A DNA stretch of 64,000 nucleotides. Origin: an uncultured Gemmatimonadales bacterium (GTDB lineage Bacteria > Gemmatimonadota > Gemmatimonadetes > Gemmatimonadales > GWC2-71-9). The DNA is taken from assembly GCA_963798915.1 (NCBI GenBank), contig CAWCVB010000011.1:1-64000 (forward strand), in the 5' to 3' direction. The notes under the pieces are model-generated. The model saw nothing but the letters and a program-made list of their open reading frames with translations, had not been told where the DNA came from and ran no database searches. Below, piece by piece: positions 21,375 through 32,645 of this stretch. The position numbers and the translations under genes are program-made. Positions within the stretch are counted from its first letter, which is position 1; every line of letters begins with the position of its first letter.

Positions 21375-23543
21375 TGCCGATCCGGTCGAGGGACCACCTG
21401 CCGCGCTGGGGCCTGCTGCTGCTGGTGGCACTCGTGACCCAGCTGGCCTTTCCATCGCCCGACGTCGTCACGATTCCCGCCTGGCCGGTGGGGGCCCGGG
21501 CCGATCACGCCGTCGTGGCGCCCGTGTCGTACGTGGTCCGCAAGTCGGACGAGGAAATTGCCCGCGAGCAACTGGAGCGGGCGCAGACGGTACCGCCGAT
21601 TTACCGGTTTGATGCCACCGCCAGCGATTCCGCCGTGTCGGCACTTCGGCAGTTCCTCAGCCTGGTGGATGCTGCGGCACCGTCAGGTCCCGCCATCGTG
21701 GCTCGCGCCGGGGAGTCACGATCGGTCAGTCTCTCGGCCGATGAGGCAGCCTGGCTCGCCCGCTCGCCGTTACGACGCCAGATGTCCGACAGTCTCATTC
21801 GCTTCGTGAACGGCTTGCTTTCGGCCGGCGTGGCCGACGCCGGCCAGGTGCGCGGCGAGCCCAGCGAGGCGGTCACGCTGATTCGCGGTGACCGGGAACG
21901 GCTGGTGCCGCGCTCCTCGCTGATCACCTTCTCGGATTTTGTGGAGCGCTCCGACCGCGCCGCCGTGCCAGACAACGATGCCCTGGGTCAGCGAGTGTTT
22001 CGACGGATCGCAGCAAGCTTCTATCGCCCCACCATCGTCTTTGACCAGGATATCACCACCAGCCGGCGAGGCCAGCAGCGTCTCGGCGTGGATTCGCTCC
22101 GCTATCGCGTCACGGCGGGCGAGGCCATCGTCGGGACCGGCGATCTGGTGACGCCCGAGATTCACGACAAGCTGGTCAGCCTGCGCGACCGGCTCCGTCA
22201 GCTGGGACCGACCGATGTCCTGAGCCGCGGCTTCGCGGGAGGCCTGCTGGCCGATGTCCTGCTGCTCTCTCCCTTCTGGCTGCTGCTCATGCTGTACCGC
22301 CGCGAGACCTACGCCGACTGGAGGGAGATGGCGTTCCTTGCGCTGCTGTTGATTGCCACCGTCCTGCTGGCCCGCGGCGTCAGTGCCGCCTTCCCGGAGC
22401 GCACCGAATTCCTGCCGGTGCCACTGGCCATTCTCATCATCGCCATGCTCTACAACGGGCGGATCGCCGTGGTGGCGGCGCTGAGCATTGCACCGTTGCT
22501 GGGGCAGCAATGGTTGCTCAAGCCGACGCCGGCCTTGCTGTTCGGCGTGGTGGCGGGCACGGCCAGTGCCATGAGTGTCCGTGCCATCCGCCGCCGATCG
22601 AGAGTGTACGTGACGGTGGGACTGCTCGCCTGCGCCTATGCGCTCGCGTCCATCGCGGCCGCGGTGCAGCTCGGCTGGTCCGAGTCCCAACTGGTCGAGA
22701 GCCTCTTTGCCGGGTATGTGAGCGCCGTGGTGAGCGTCTCGCTCGCCATGCTGCTGCTTCCGTTTGCCGAGTCCGCCACCCACCGCACGACTGACCTGAC
22801 GCTGCTGGAACTGGCCGACCCATCCCGGCCGCTCCTGCGCCGCCTGGCGGTGGAGGCGCCGGGCACCTGGGCTCACAGCGTGACCATGGCCAACCTTTGT
22901 GAATCGGCGTGCACGGTGATCGGTGCGAACGGCCTGCTGGCGCGCGTGGGCTGCTACTACCACGATATCGGCAAGCTGACTCGACCGCAGTTCTTTGTCG
23001 AAAATCAGGCGCCTGGAGCCAATCCGCATGATACGCTGCGCGCCGGACGAGAGTGCGGCCATCATCCGTGCCCATGTCACGGACGGGATGCAGCTCGCGG
23101 CCGAGGCGCGGCTGCCCGATTCGGTCGCCGCGTTCATTCCGGAGCACCACGGTTCGGGGGAAATCCGCTACTTCCTCCACCGCGCGAGCGAAGGACGGGA
23201 TCCGTCCGAGGTGGACACCGCGGCGTACCGCTATCCGGGTCCGCAGCCGCGCTCTCGGGAGACGGCGGTGGTCATGCTGGCGGATTCGGTGGAGGCGGTG
23301 GTGCGGACGCTGCAGAAGCCCGGACCCGAATCGGTACGGGCAGCCATCAATGAAATGGTGGGACAGCGAATCGCCTCCGGCCAGCTGGATGACGCCCCAC
23401 TGACGCTGCGCGACCTCGACGCCGTGCGTGAAGAGTTTGCGCGGGTCCTCAGTTCCCAGTTCCACTCGCGAGTCGAGTATCCGGGATCACCGCCCGTATC
23501 GCGCGTATTCCGGTCGAGCACCGAGGTCCTGTCGCGTGGCTGA
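21374..23543 (+). CDS. 7TM-HD phosphohydrolase (PgpH/YqfF-like), frameshift ~23040
   Basis: Extracytoplasmic domain, multiple TMs, EAPGTWAHS, YYHDIGK, FFVENQ; then EHHG, YRYPGPQP and MLADSVEA in the +1 frame. Confidence 0.88.
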
Positions 23544-23952
23544 TATTCAGGTGGGTGGCCGCGCCAATGGCCTGCCACCGGCGCGCGTGCGGCGGGCAGT
23601 CGAGGCGGTGTTCGCCGGCGAGCGCCGGCGCGTCCCACTCTCGATCAGCTTCATCGGGCGCCAGACCATGCGGGCGCTGAACCGGGAGCATAAGGGACGT
23701 GACTGCGCCACGGACGTATTGGCCTTTGCCTTTCCGCAGCCGGACGGCGCCATCCTGGGCGACGTGTACATCTGCCCCTCCGTGGCTCGGCAGGAGGCCG
23801 AGCGCCGGGGCCTGACGGCCACTCAGGAGCTCACTCGCCTCGTCATTCATGGCACGCTTCACGTCCTGGGCTACGACCACCCCGAGCATGGCGGCCGGGA
23901 GCGCTCTCCCATGTGGCGCCGCCAGGAGCGTTACGTCAGGCGGTTCGAGTGA
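23536..23952 (+). CDS. ybeY: rRNA maturation endoribonuclease YbeY
   Basis: LNRE, TDVLAF, LGDVYI, HGTLHVLGYDH. Confidence 0.92.
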   Translation: MADIQVGGRANGLPPARVRRAVEAVFAGERRRVPLSISFIGRQTMRALNREHKGRDCATDVLAFAFPQPDGAILGDVYICPSVARQEAERRGLTATQELTRLVIHGTLHVLGYDHPEHGGRERSPMWRRQERYVRRFE

Positions 23953-25136
23953 TTGGCGTCCTCCAGCAGTTCGTGGCTCCGCTGGTCATGCTGCTGCTCA
24001 CCCTCTGGGCCAGTCTGCTCGCGTTCGCCAACGAGTCCGAGGAAGAACTCCCACGAATCCTGGCCCGCCAACTCGCCGCCGCCAGCGGTCCGCTGCCGGT
24101 GCAGCGGAGTCTGCACATTGCGCACCTGGTGCTGATGTCGCTGGCAGGCGTTGTGGCCGGCGCCTCGGTGCTCTGGTGGATGCGGGGGCCCGGCGGTGCC
24201 TTTCCGCGTCTGCTGATCGGGGTCACGCTGGTGTGGGCGCTCGGTGACCTGCTTCCGCGACTGTTGGCAGCCATCGCGCCCGAGTTGACGAGTCCCGTCC
24301 GCCGGATCGCTGTCCGAAGTCTCGTGCCGCTATCCCCGCTGCTGCGGCTCGTCGCGCGGCTCGATGCGCACGTGGTGCCGGTGCGGGTCTCGACTCGCGC
24401 CGATTATGGCCAGGCGCAGCGCGACATGCTGCTCGGCGTCTTCTCGCTTGCGGACATGACCGTCGCCGAGGTGATGACACCGCGGATCGACATCGTCGGG
24501 GTGCACGTGAATGACAGCCGTATTGAGGTGGTGCACGTGCTGAAGCAATCCGAGCACGCACGGTTGCTCGTGTCTGACGGGAACCCTGACCTGGTGTCGG
24601 GCGTGATTTACGCCAAGGACATGCTGGCACACCTGTCGGAGGACGACGCCGAGGAGCCGTGGCAGGCTCTCATCCGCCCGGCGCCCTTCGTGCCTGAGGG
24701 GAAGACGCTCGACCGCCAGCTTCGCGACTTTCAGCGCGGGCCTGCGCATCTGGCAGTTGTGGTGGACGAGTTCGGCGGGACGGCCGGCATCCTCACGCTG
24801 GAGGATATTCTCGAGCAGATCGTTGGCGAGATCCAGGACGAATACGACACGGACGAGATTCCACCGATCCAGCGCGTGTCGGCCGACCAGGTCCGCGTGC
24901 TGGGTGGCGTCGCGCTGGCCGAGCTGGAAGCCGAATTGCACCACGATTTCGAGCGTGAGGACGTTGCCACGGTGGGCGGCCTGGTGCTGGCCGAATTCGG
25001 CCGGGTTCCCCGCACGGGTGAAAAGATCCGGGTGAACGGCTACGAGCTGTTCGTCGAGCAGGTGTTGCGCCGGCGGGTGAAGCGCGTGAGCGTGCGCCGG
25101 GTCCACGGTGAGCCGCCGGCGGAGCCGGTCGCGTGA
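23949..25136 (+). CDS. CNNM/hemolysin-C family CBS + CorC_HlyC protein
   Basis: N-terminal TMs, VMTPRID, VDEFGGTAGILTLEDILEQIVGEIQDEYD, TVGGLV. Confidence 0.9.
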   Translation: MIGVLQQFVAPLVMLLLTLWASLLAFANESEEELPRILARQLAAASGPLPVQRSLHIAHLVLMSLAGVVAGASVLWWMRGPGGAFPRLLIGVTLVWALGDLLPRLLAAIAPELTSPVRRIAVRSLVPLSPLLRLVARLDAHVVPVRVSTRADYGQAQRDMLLGVFSLADMTVAEVMTPRIDIVGVHVNDSRIEVVHVLKQSEHARLLVSDGNPDLVSGVIYAKDMLAHLSEDDAEEPWQALIRPAPFVPEGKTLDRQLRDFQRGPAHLAVVVDEFGGTAGILTLEDILEQIVGEIQDEYDTDEIPPIQRVSADQVRVLGGVALAELEAELHHDFEREDVATVGGLVLAEFGRVPRTGEKIRVNGYELFVEQVLRRRVKRVSVRRVHGEPPAEPVA

Positions 25137-26318
25137 TCGGCCTCGCCCTTCTCGTGGGCCTGGTGCTGACCGTCTTCGGGGCAACCGTCGGCGCGGCCCA
25201 GATGTCGGTCAGCAAGCGACAGCTGGCACAGACCCTGTCGCGCCGCCTGCGGGGGCGCGGGCCGTCGCTCGACTGGCTGCTTGAGGCGGATGACCGGCTT
25301 ACGATCGCCTCGTCCACTACGTCCCTCGGGGTGATCCTGCTTGCCATGGCAGTGCCGGGAGTGATCGGGTCGACCTTCCTCGTTTCACTGCTCGGCGTGG
25401 CCGTGGTGGTCATGCCGGTGGCGCTGGCGGCGGGCTACCTGATCCCGCGCTGGATCACGGAGCCGAGGTCCGAAGCGGTCCTCAAGGCAGTAATGCCGAT
25501 CTTCCGGCCCTGGTCGCGAGTGATGCGGCTGGTGCTTCCCTCGAGACAGCATGGGCGCCATCGCGACCTCGGCCCGGTGGTGCGGGAAGCGGCGGCGGCC
25601 GGCGCGGACGATGACGAACTCCTGCTGATCGGCGGCGTGATGAGCTTCACGGAGCGCCAGGTGCGTGACGTGATGACACCGCGGACCGAAATCGTGGCCG
25701 TGCCGGAGGACGCCGAGCTCGCCGACATGCGCCGCGTCTTCCTGGAAAGCGGGTACAGCCGGATTCCGGTCTACCGGCAGCACGCTCGATGACATCGTCG
25801 GGATGCTGCACGCATTCGACCTCTTCAAGCTGCGGGCCAACGATGCCCTGCCGATTCGTCCGGTGACCATCGCGCCGGCCTCACGCAGCTGCGGCGACCT
25901 CCTGCTCGACATGCAGCGAGAGCGTCGCCACCTGGCGGTCATTATCGATGAGTTCGGCGGCACGCTGGGCATCGTGACATTGGAGGATCTGCTGGAGGAG
26001 CTGGTCGGCGAAATCTTTGACGAACATGACGAGGCCGCCTTGCCAGCGGCGCTGCCGCCGTCGGGCCTGCTCGAGTCCGACGGTACGGAATCCGTCGATG
26101 CCGTGGCCGAGCGTTTCGACGTCGAGTTGCCTGGTGGACGCGCGGTCACATTTGCCGGACGGGTGGCCGAGTTGGCTGGACGCATCCCCAACGCAGGCGA
26201 GCGATTCACCATCGGAGGACTCGAGGTTGATGTCATCCAGGCCACGCCGGCGCGGATCGAGCGCATGATCGTGCGGGCGGCGCCGCCGGCGCCGGCGCGG
26301 CTGGGGGGCGGCGGGTGA
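25133..26318 (+). CDS. Second CNNM/CBS/CorC family protein (frameshift ~25778)
   Basis: VMTPRTE and GYSRIPVY, then [29 protein letters not shown] in the +1 frame. Confidence 0.87.
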
Positions 26319-27652
26319 CCGGCGCCGCCGAGCGAACCAGCCGCCTGGTGGACCTGGTGCGCGAGGGCACCATGGACCGTGCCGTTGCGCTGGCGCACGA
26401 GTATGAGCCAGCCGACCTGGCGGACGTCCTGAGTGAGCTCGACCAGGAGGATCGCCTGCGGCTGGTGATGGCGCTGCCGACGGAACAGTCAAGCCATGCG
26501 CTGGTGGCGATGCCGGAGGATGCGCATGCAGAAGAGCTGCTGGCCGCGCTTCCGCCGCTGCAGGCCGGCGCCATCATCCGGGAGCTGGACGATGATGACG
26601 CCGCCGAACTGCTCCGCTGCCTGGAGCCTGCTGAGGCGCGCCGGATCCTGAAGGATGCGGCCGGGCGGATGGATGTGGACGCGCTGCTCCGCTACACCGA
26701 GGAGACGGCCGGCGGCCGGATGACGACGCATGTCGTGTCGGTGCAGGAGGCCGATACGGCAGCATCGGCGCTCGAGCGGATCCGCCTCCAGGCGGAGGAA
26801 GTCGAGGATTTCTACCAGGTGTTCGTGGTGGATCGTGCAGGAGGCCTCCGGGGCGTGCTGTCCCTTCAGGAGCTGGTCAGCAGCCCGCTCGATCGTCCCA
26901 TTCGCGACTTCATGCACGAGCCGGAAGTCACTGTCCCTCCCGAAATGGACCAGGAGGAGGTGGCGCGGCTCCTCTCGCGTTACGATCTGGCCAGCGTGCC
27001 GGTGATTTCGGCCGAGGGCCGGCTGCTTGGGCGGGTCACGTTCGACGATGTCATCGATGTGGTCGAGGCCGAGAACACCGAGGACATCCTGCAATTTGGC
27101 GGGACGTCTGCCGATGAAGAACTGCAGGCGCCTTGGCTCGATGCGGTGCGGAGCCGCCTCCCGTGGCTGTTCATCAATCTGGCGACGGCCTTCCTGGCCG
27201 CCAGCGTGATTTTCAGCTACCAGGGACTCATCCAGCGGCTCACCACGCTTGCCGTCATCATGCCCGTCATCGCCGGGATGGGAGGCAACGCGGGCACCCA
27301 GGCCCTCGCGGTTACGGTGCGGCGGCTGGCCCTCGGGCTGATTCCGAGGAGTCGCTTCGCCTCGGTCATCGGGAAAGAGGCGCTTGTGGGAGTGGTGAAC
27401 GGGGTTGTGGTCGGAGTGATCGTTGCGTTCGTCGCCCTCTTCCTGCACCAGGGTCCGATGCTTGGCGTGGTGGTTTTCCTCGCGATGGCCGGCAACCTGT
27501 TCGTGGCGGGGCTGGCTGGCGCATTCATTCCCATGCTCCTCGAGCGGCGTGGGGTTGATCCGGCGGTCGCCTCCTCGATCTTCGTCTCCACGTTTACCGA
27601 TGTCTGCGGTTTCTTTCTGCTGCTCTGGCTTGCCAGTCTGTTGCTGCTCTGA
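26315..27652 (+). CDS. mgtE: Magnesium transporter MgtE
   Basis: PADLAD, TAGGRMT, CBS pair, [25 protein letters not shown]. Confidence 0.94.
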   Translation: MTGAAERTSRLVDLVREGTMDRAVALAHEYEPADLADVLSELDQEDRLRLVMALPTEQSSHALVAMPEDAHAEELLAALPPLQAGAIIRELDDDDAAELLRCLEPAEARRILKDAAGRMDVDALLRYTEETAGGRMTTHVVSVQEADTAASALERIRLQAEEVEDFYQVFVVDRAGGLRGVLSLQELVSSPLDRPIRDFMHEPEVTVPPEMDQEEVARLLSRYDLASVPVISAEGRLLGRVTFDDVIDVVEAENTEDILQFGGTSADEELQAPWLDAVRSRLPWLFINLATAFLAASVIFSYQGLIQRLTTLAVIMPVIAGMGGNAGTQALAVTVRRLALGLIPRSRFASVIGKEALVGVVNGVVVGVIVAFVALFLHQGPMLGVVVFLAMAGNLFVAGLAGAFIPMLLERRGVDPAVASSIFVSTFTDVCGFFLLLWLASLLLL

Positions 27653-27654
27653 CC

Positions 27655-29295
27655 ATGCGGGTCCTCACAATTTTCGGGCGGCTGGCGCCGTTCCTCATCG
27701 CTTTCTGGCGCGACCGGCGGCGCTTCATCATCGTGGGCGGACCGGCGCAGCGGTCGCCCGCCCAGCACCAGCGCCGAGCCGAGCAGCTCACCCGGACGGT
27801 GGCCGAACTGGGCCCCGCCTTCATCAAGCTGGCGCAGGTCTTCAGCGCGCGTGCGGATATTCTCCCTGAGCCCTACCTGAGCGCCGTGGGTACGCTCACC
27901 GACAGCGTGCCGCCGCTCGCGCCCGGTGTCGCGGAGACCGTGATCGAGGACGAGTACGGCAAGCCGGTGGCGGCTCTCTTCGATTCGTTTGACGCGACCC
28001 CACTGGCCGCAGCATCCCTTGGCCAGGTCCACCGCGCGAGACTCAATGGGCGTGAGGTTGTGGTGAAGGTGTTGCGGCCGGGCGTGGAGGATGTCGTTCG
28101 GCGGGACCTCCAGGCGTCGTTCCGGGTGCTGTTCGTGCTCAATGTGCTGTTCCGCAATCACCACGTGCGTGCCATCAGCACCATTGTCGAGGAGTTTGCC
28201 CGGCGCATCTGGCTGGAGCTGGATTTCAGGGAAGAGGCGCGCAATGCGGTTCGGCTCAGGCACAACTTTGCCGATGAGCCCCGAGTGGTCATTCCCGAAA
28301 TCATCACGGAATTGGTGCGGACGCGGGTGCTGGTCCTGGAATACCTGGAGGGGACCAGGATCGATCGACTGGACGCGCGGCTGGCCAGCGGTGAACTCGA
28401 CCGCGATGCAGTGCTCACCACCCTGATCGAAGCCTACATCAAGATGATGCTGCAGGACGGCTTCTTCCACGCCGATCCGCACTTTGGCAACCTGCTGGTG
28501 GATCCGCAGGGGCGCCTGGTGCTGCTGGATTTCGGCATGGTGCTCCGGATGGAGCGCGAGACTCAGCGCCGCCTGGTGTCCACCGTGCTCGCCGCGGCTC
28601 GGCAGGACGTGGATGGCGTCATCAACGGCTTCTATGAGCTTGGCATCCTCGATCCCGATGTGGACCGCGGCACCGTGCGCGACGCGGCTCGGCACCTCCT
28701 GGCCGTCACGCTGCGTGGCGACAGCTCCCATGCCCAGATCCAGCGTGTCGTGGAGGACGTGCTGCGCACGTTCTACGACTGGCCGCTGATGCTTCCGGCC
28801 GAGCTGGTCTACTTCGGGCGGGCGGCAGCGCTGGTCGAGGGAATCGGACTGCGCTACGACCCCGCCTTCAATACCATTGCGGTCGCGCGTCCCATGGTGA
28901 CGCGGGCGGCCGCTCGCTTGCTGCCCGGCGTCGGCGAGCGAGATCCCCGTTCCATGATTGCGGACTGGAGCCTGGAGGCAACCCAGGTGCTCCGCACCAT
29001 GCGTGGGCTCCTCACCCGGCTCGAGCGCGATGAACTGCGCGTGCGGTGGCACCAGCGAGACACGGTCGAGCTGTACCAGACCATCACCCAGCAGGCGCGC
29101 CGGCTCATGCTTGCGGCCGGTGCGCTCACGCTGGCACTGATCTCCGCCATCGTGTACGCGGCCACGGGCCACGTGAGTATCCTGTTGGCCGGCGGTATCG
29201 TCGCCGCGGGGCTCTTCTTCCTGGTGCTGGTGTTGCCCGGGCACCTCTTTCAGAATCCGCTGCGCCACCGCCGGCGCCGGCCCTTCCGGATCTGA
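27655..29295 (+). CDS. ABC1/UbiB/AarF family atypical kinase
   Basis: LGPAFIKLAQ, AAASLGQVHRA, VVKV, FFHADPHFGN, LLDFGM, C-terminal TMs. Confidence 0.92.
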   Translation: MRVLTIFGRLAPFLIAFWRDRRRFIIVGGPAQRSPAQHQRRAEQLTRTVAELGPAFIKLAQVFSARADILPEPYLSAVGTLTDSVPPLAPGVAETVIEDEYGKPVAALFDSFDATPLAAASLGQVHRARLNGREVVVKVLRPGVEDVVRRDLQASFRVLFVLNVLFRNHHVRAISTIVEEFARRIWLELDFREEARNAVRLRHNFADEPRVVIPEIITELVRTRVLVLEYLEGTRIDRLDARLASGELDRDAVLTTLIEAYIKMMLQDGFFHADPHFGNLLVDPQGRLVLLDFGMVLRMERETQRRLVSTVLAAARQDVDGVINGFYELGILDPDVDRGTVRDAARHLLAVTLRGDSSHAQIQRVVEDVLRTFYDWPLMLPAELVYFGRAAALVEGIGLRYDPAFNTIAVARPMVTRAAARLLPGVGERDPRSMIADWSLEATQVLRTMRGLLTRLERDELRVRWHQRDTVELYQTITQQARRLMLAAGALTLALISAIVYAATGHVSILLAGGIVAAGLFFLVLVLPGHLFQNPLRHRRRRPFRI

Positions 29296-29296
29296 C

Positions 29297-29869
29297 GTGG
29301 ATCTGCAATCGATCATCGCCCGGTACGGCCTCCCGGCGGTGGGTGTCGGCGCCGCGCTGGAGGGCGATCTCACCCTCCTGCTCGGTGGCGTGGCGGCGCA
29401 CCTGGGATACTTCTCCTGGCCACTGTGCGTGGCGGTGGGCGCCGTGGGATGCTACGCGTCGGACCTGCTCTGGTACTTTGCGGGCCGGCGGGCGTCGCAC
29501 CGCATCAGGGGAGGCCGCGTCTATCGGGCGGTGGGGCATCGCGTGGAGCGGCTGGCCGAACGGATCGGCCCCTGGCAGCTGCTGACCGCCCGGTTCATTT
29601 ACGGCACCAAGAATGCCAGCATGCTCTTCTGGGGCCTCCACGGCCTGCCGTTCGCGCGCTTCGCCATCATCGATGCCCTGGGCTGCGTCGCCGGGACGGT
29701 CTGTTTCGCCGGGCTTGGGTTCCTTTTCAGTGGCAGTGCCCAGGCCCTGCTCGGCCGCATTCACCGGGTCGAGTTCCTCTTGCTCGGTGGCTTGGCAGTC
29801 GGTATCGCGGTCCTGGTGCTGCTCAAGCGAGCCGCCCGTCGCCGCCACCTTGTGGAAGACGACGTCTGA
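29297..29869 (+). CDS. DedA family membrane protein
   Basis: YGLPAV..LEGD, SDLLWYFAGR, ARFIYG. Confidence 0.85.
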   Translation: MDLQSIIARYGLPAVGVGAALEGDLTLLLGGVAAHLGYFSWPLCVAVGAVGCYASDLLWYFAGRRASHRIRGGRVYRAVGHRVERLAERIGPWQLLTARFIYGTKNASMLFWGLHGLPFARFAIIDALGCVAGTVCFAGLGFLFSGSAQALLGRIHRVEFLLLGGLAVGIAVLVLLKRAARRRHLVEDDV

Positions 29870-29919
29870 AGCTGGCCATCGCGCTTGCCCAACCTCCTCG
29901 GTGCGGCCAGTTTCCAGTC

Positions 29920-30951
29920 ATGAATCTCGACCGGCTTCTCGCCGATCTCACCGCTGGGCGGCCGGCTGCCCTGGCCCGCGCCATTTCCCTGGTAGAAAAC
30001 GGCCGTCCCGGCTTTGAACGCCTGTTGGCAAGTGTGCACCAGCGCCTGGGCCAGGCCCATCGGATTGGCGTGACCGGTCCGCCAGGCGCCGGCAAGTCCA
30101 CCCTGGTGGAGCAGCTGGTGCGCGCCTACCGCACTGCGGGACGTCGCATCGGCGTGGTGGCGGTCGATCCCACCAGTCCGTTTACGGGCGGCGCCTTGCT
30201 CGGTGATCGGATCCGGATGGAGAGCGTCGCGCTGGACGATGATGTCTTCATCCGTTCGATGGCTACTCGGGGCTCGCTCGGTGGGGTGGCCGTGAGCACA
30301 CGTGAAGTGTGCGACGTACTGGACGCGGCCGGATTTGACCGGATCATCATCGAGACCGTCGGTGTTGGCCAGTCGGAAATGGATGTCTCCCGCGCCGCCG
30401 ACACCACCGTGCTGGTGCTGGTTCCCGAATCGGGCGATGGCATCCAGGCGCTCAAGTCGGGCATCATGGAGGCGGCCGATCTCTTCGTGATCAACAAGGC
30501 AGATCGCCCGGGCGCCGAAAAGCTCGCGCGGGAGATCGAGATCACGCAGGGCATTCGCCGGGGGAACGCCTTTCGGCATGTGCCGGCTCATCATGGCTTT
30601 CGGGCGAGGACGGCCACGCCAGCGGCGGCGTCCGAGGATGAGGGGTGGATTCAGCCGGTCGTGCTCACCGTGGCCGCGCGAGACGAAGGCACTGAAGCAC
30701 TGGTCGCCGGGCTCGAGCGTCATTACGCCTGGCTCCAGGCATCGGGTGCGCTGGTCACTCGCAGACGCGCCCGCATGCTGGAACGCTCGCGCGAGGTGTT
30801 CGAACGTGCCCTCCGCCGCTGGATCTGGCATGAGACCGACGCTGAATTGCGGCTGGGAGTCCGTCTGGAGGATGAAATGGCCGGACGGATTTCGCCGTAC
30901 GAAGTGGCCGCGGAGGTGCTCGAGGGCTTCAAGCAGGGGATTCACGCATGA
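29920..30951 (+). CDS. meaB: Acyl-CoA mutase-associated GTPase MeaB/ArgK
   Basis: [44 protein letters not shown]. Confidence 0.93.
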   Translation: MNLDRLLADLTAGRPAALARAISLVENGRPGFERLLASVHQRLGQAHRIGVTGPPGAGKSTLVEQLVRAYRTAGRRIGVVAVDPTSPFTGGALLGDRIRMESVALDDDVFIRSMATRGSLGGVAVSTREVCDVLDAAGFDRIIIETVGVGQSEMDVSRAADTTVLVLVPESGDGIQALKSGIMEAADLFVINKADRPGAEKLAREIEITQGIRRGNAFRHVPAHHGFRARTATPAAASEDEGWIQPVVLTVAARDEGTEALVAGLERHYAWLQASGALVTRRRARMLERSREVFERALRRWIWHETDAELRLGVRLEDEMAGRISPYEVAAEVLEGFKQGIHA

Positions 30952-32645
30952 CTGCATCATCATCCACTGACCTTGCTGAGCGATTGCGCCAGCAGGAGCT
31001 GGAACTCGCGGCACTCCGGCGCGAAGTGAAGGAATGGCGCGCCCGCGCGGCGCGCATGCCGGTTCGCGATGACGCTGAGTTCTCGACCGTCTCTGGCGAG
31101 CCGCTGGAACTGGCCTACGCCGCTTCCGACACCGACATGACGGTCGGCGCGCTCATGCCCGGGGTGTATCCGTACACCCGCGGGATCCATCCCACCATGT
31201 ATCGGGGCCGGCTCTGGACCATGCGCCAGTTTGCCGGGTTCGGCACGGCAGCAGACACCAACGAGCGATACAAGTTCCTCCTGTCCCGAGGACAGACCGG
31301 GCTTTCGGTCGCGTTCGACTTTCCGACGCTGATGGGGTATGACTCCGACCATCCCCGCTCCGAGGGCGAGGTCGGCAAGTGCGGTGTCGCGATCTCCAGT
31401 CTCGCCGACATGGAAACGCTGTTCGATGGCATCCCGCTTGGCGAGGTGTCAACCTCCATGACGATCAATGGCCCCGCGGCCATGCTTTTCTGCTTCTACG
31501 TCGCCGCGGCCGAGCGCCAGGGCGTGCCTGCTGCGCGCCTCCGCGGCACCGTGCAGAACGACATCCTCAAGGAGTACATGGCGCAGCACGCCTGGATCTA
31601 TCCGGCCGAGCCCGCGCTCAAGATCATCGTCGACATGTTCGAGTGGGCCGCCGAGCACGCGCCAATGTGGAATACCATCTCGATTTCCGGGTATCACATC
31701 CGCGAAGCCGGCTCAACGGCCGCCCAGGAACTCGCCTTTACCCTGGCCAACGGTTTCTGCTACGTCGAGCATGGGCTGGCGCGCGGGCTTTCGGTCGATG
31801 CCTTCGCGCCTCGCCTGTCGTTCTTCTGGGATGTGCATAACGAATTCTTCGAGGAAATTGCCAAGATGCGGGCGGCGCGCCGGATCTGGGCGCGCCATCT
31901 GCGGGAGCGCTACGGTGCGACCGACCCCCGCTCCTGGAAGATGCGCTTTCATTCCCAGACGGCTGGCGTATCGCTGCAGGCGCAGCAGCCACGGAACAAT
32001 ATCGTCCGGGTCGCCTACCAGGCCATGGCGGCCGCCCTGGGCGGCACGCAATCGCTGCACACCAATGCCTTTGACGAGACCTTGGCGCTTCCCACTGAGG
32101 ATTCGGTACGCATCGCCCTCCGAACGCAGCAAATCCTCGCCTACGAGACCGGCATCGCCAGCGTGGGCGATCCGCTGGGCGGCTCGTACTACGTCGAAGC
32201 GCTGACAGATCGCCTGGAGGCCGAGGCCGAGGCCCTTTTTGCCGACATTGAGGCGCAGGGAGGGGTCGTCCCGGCGGTCGAGGCGGGCTGGTTCCAGCGC
32301 CAGATCGCCGCGTCGTCCATGCGCTACGTCAGTGAGGTGGAAACCGGCCGTCGCGTCGTGGTCGGAGTGAACCAGTTTGTGGAAACGGACGAGCAGCCGG
32401 TGGACATCCTGCGCATCGGGCAGGCCGCAGAGGAGCAGCAGCGCGAGCGCCTGGCGCAGCTGCGGGCGAACCGCGACGGCGCCGCGGCGGAGGCAGCGCT
32501 CGAAGCGCTCGCATCGGCTGCACGCGAGGATCGCAATGTCATTCCCGCAATGCTCGACTGCGCTCGCGCCTATTGCACCCTGTTTGAGATCCGGCACACG
32601 CTGGAGCGGATATATGGGAGTTATCGTGAACCCGTCTTCTTCTGA
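30948..32645 (+). CDS. AdoCbl-dependent acyl-CoA mutase, large substrate-binding subunit (IcmA-like signature)
   Basis: [56 protein letters not shown]; no C-terminal B12-binding domain. Confidence 0.92.
   Translation: MTASSSTDLAERLRQQELELAALRREVKEWRARAARMPVRDDAEFSTVSGEPLELAYAASDTDMTVGALMPGVYPYTRGIHPTMYRGRLWTMRQFAGFGTAADTNERYKFLLSRGQTGLSVAFDFPTLMGYDSDHPRSEGEVGKCGVAISSLADMETLFDGIPLGEVSTSMTINGPAAMLFCFYVAAAERQGVPAARLRGTVQNDILKEYMAQHAWIYPAEPALKIIVDMFEWAAEHAPMWNTISISGYHIREAGSTAAQELAFTLANGFCYVEHGLARGLSVDAFAPRLSFFWDVHNEFFEEIAKMRAARRIWARHLRERYGATDPRSWKMRFHSQTAGVSLQAQQPRNNIVRVAYQAMAAALGGTQSLHTNAFDETLALPTEDSVRIALRTQQILAYETGIASVGDPLGGSYYVEALTDRLEAEAEALFADIEAQGGVVPAVEAGWFQRQIAASSMRYVSEVETGRRVVVGVNQFVETDEQPVDILRIGQAAEEQQRERLAQLRANRDGAAAEAALEALASAAREDRNVIPAMLDCARAYCTLFEIRHTLERIYGSYREPVFF

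Noticed and set aside
27217..29373. Long antisense ORFs (718 aa here; also 47178-48806, 35958-37595, 38495-40057)
   Set aside because: Shadow ORFs opposite well-supported genes in high-GC DNA, with no recognisable motifs.
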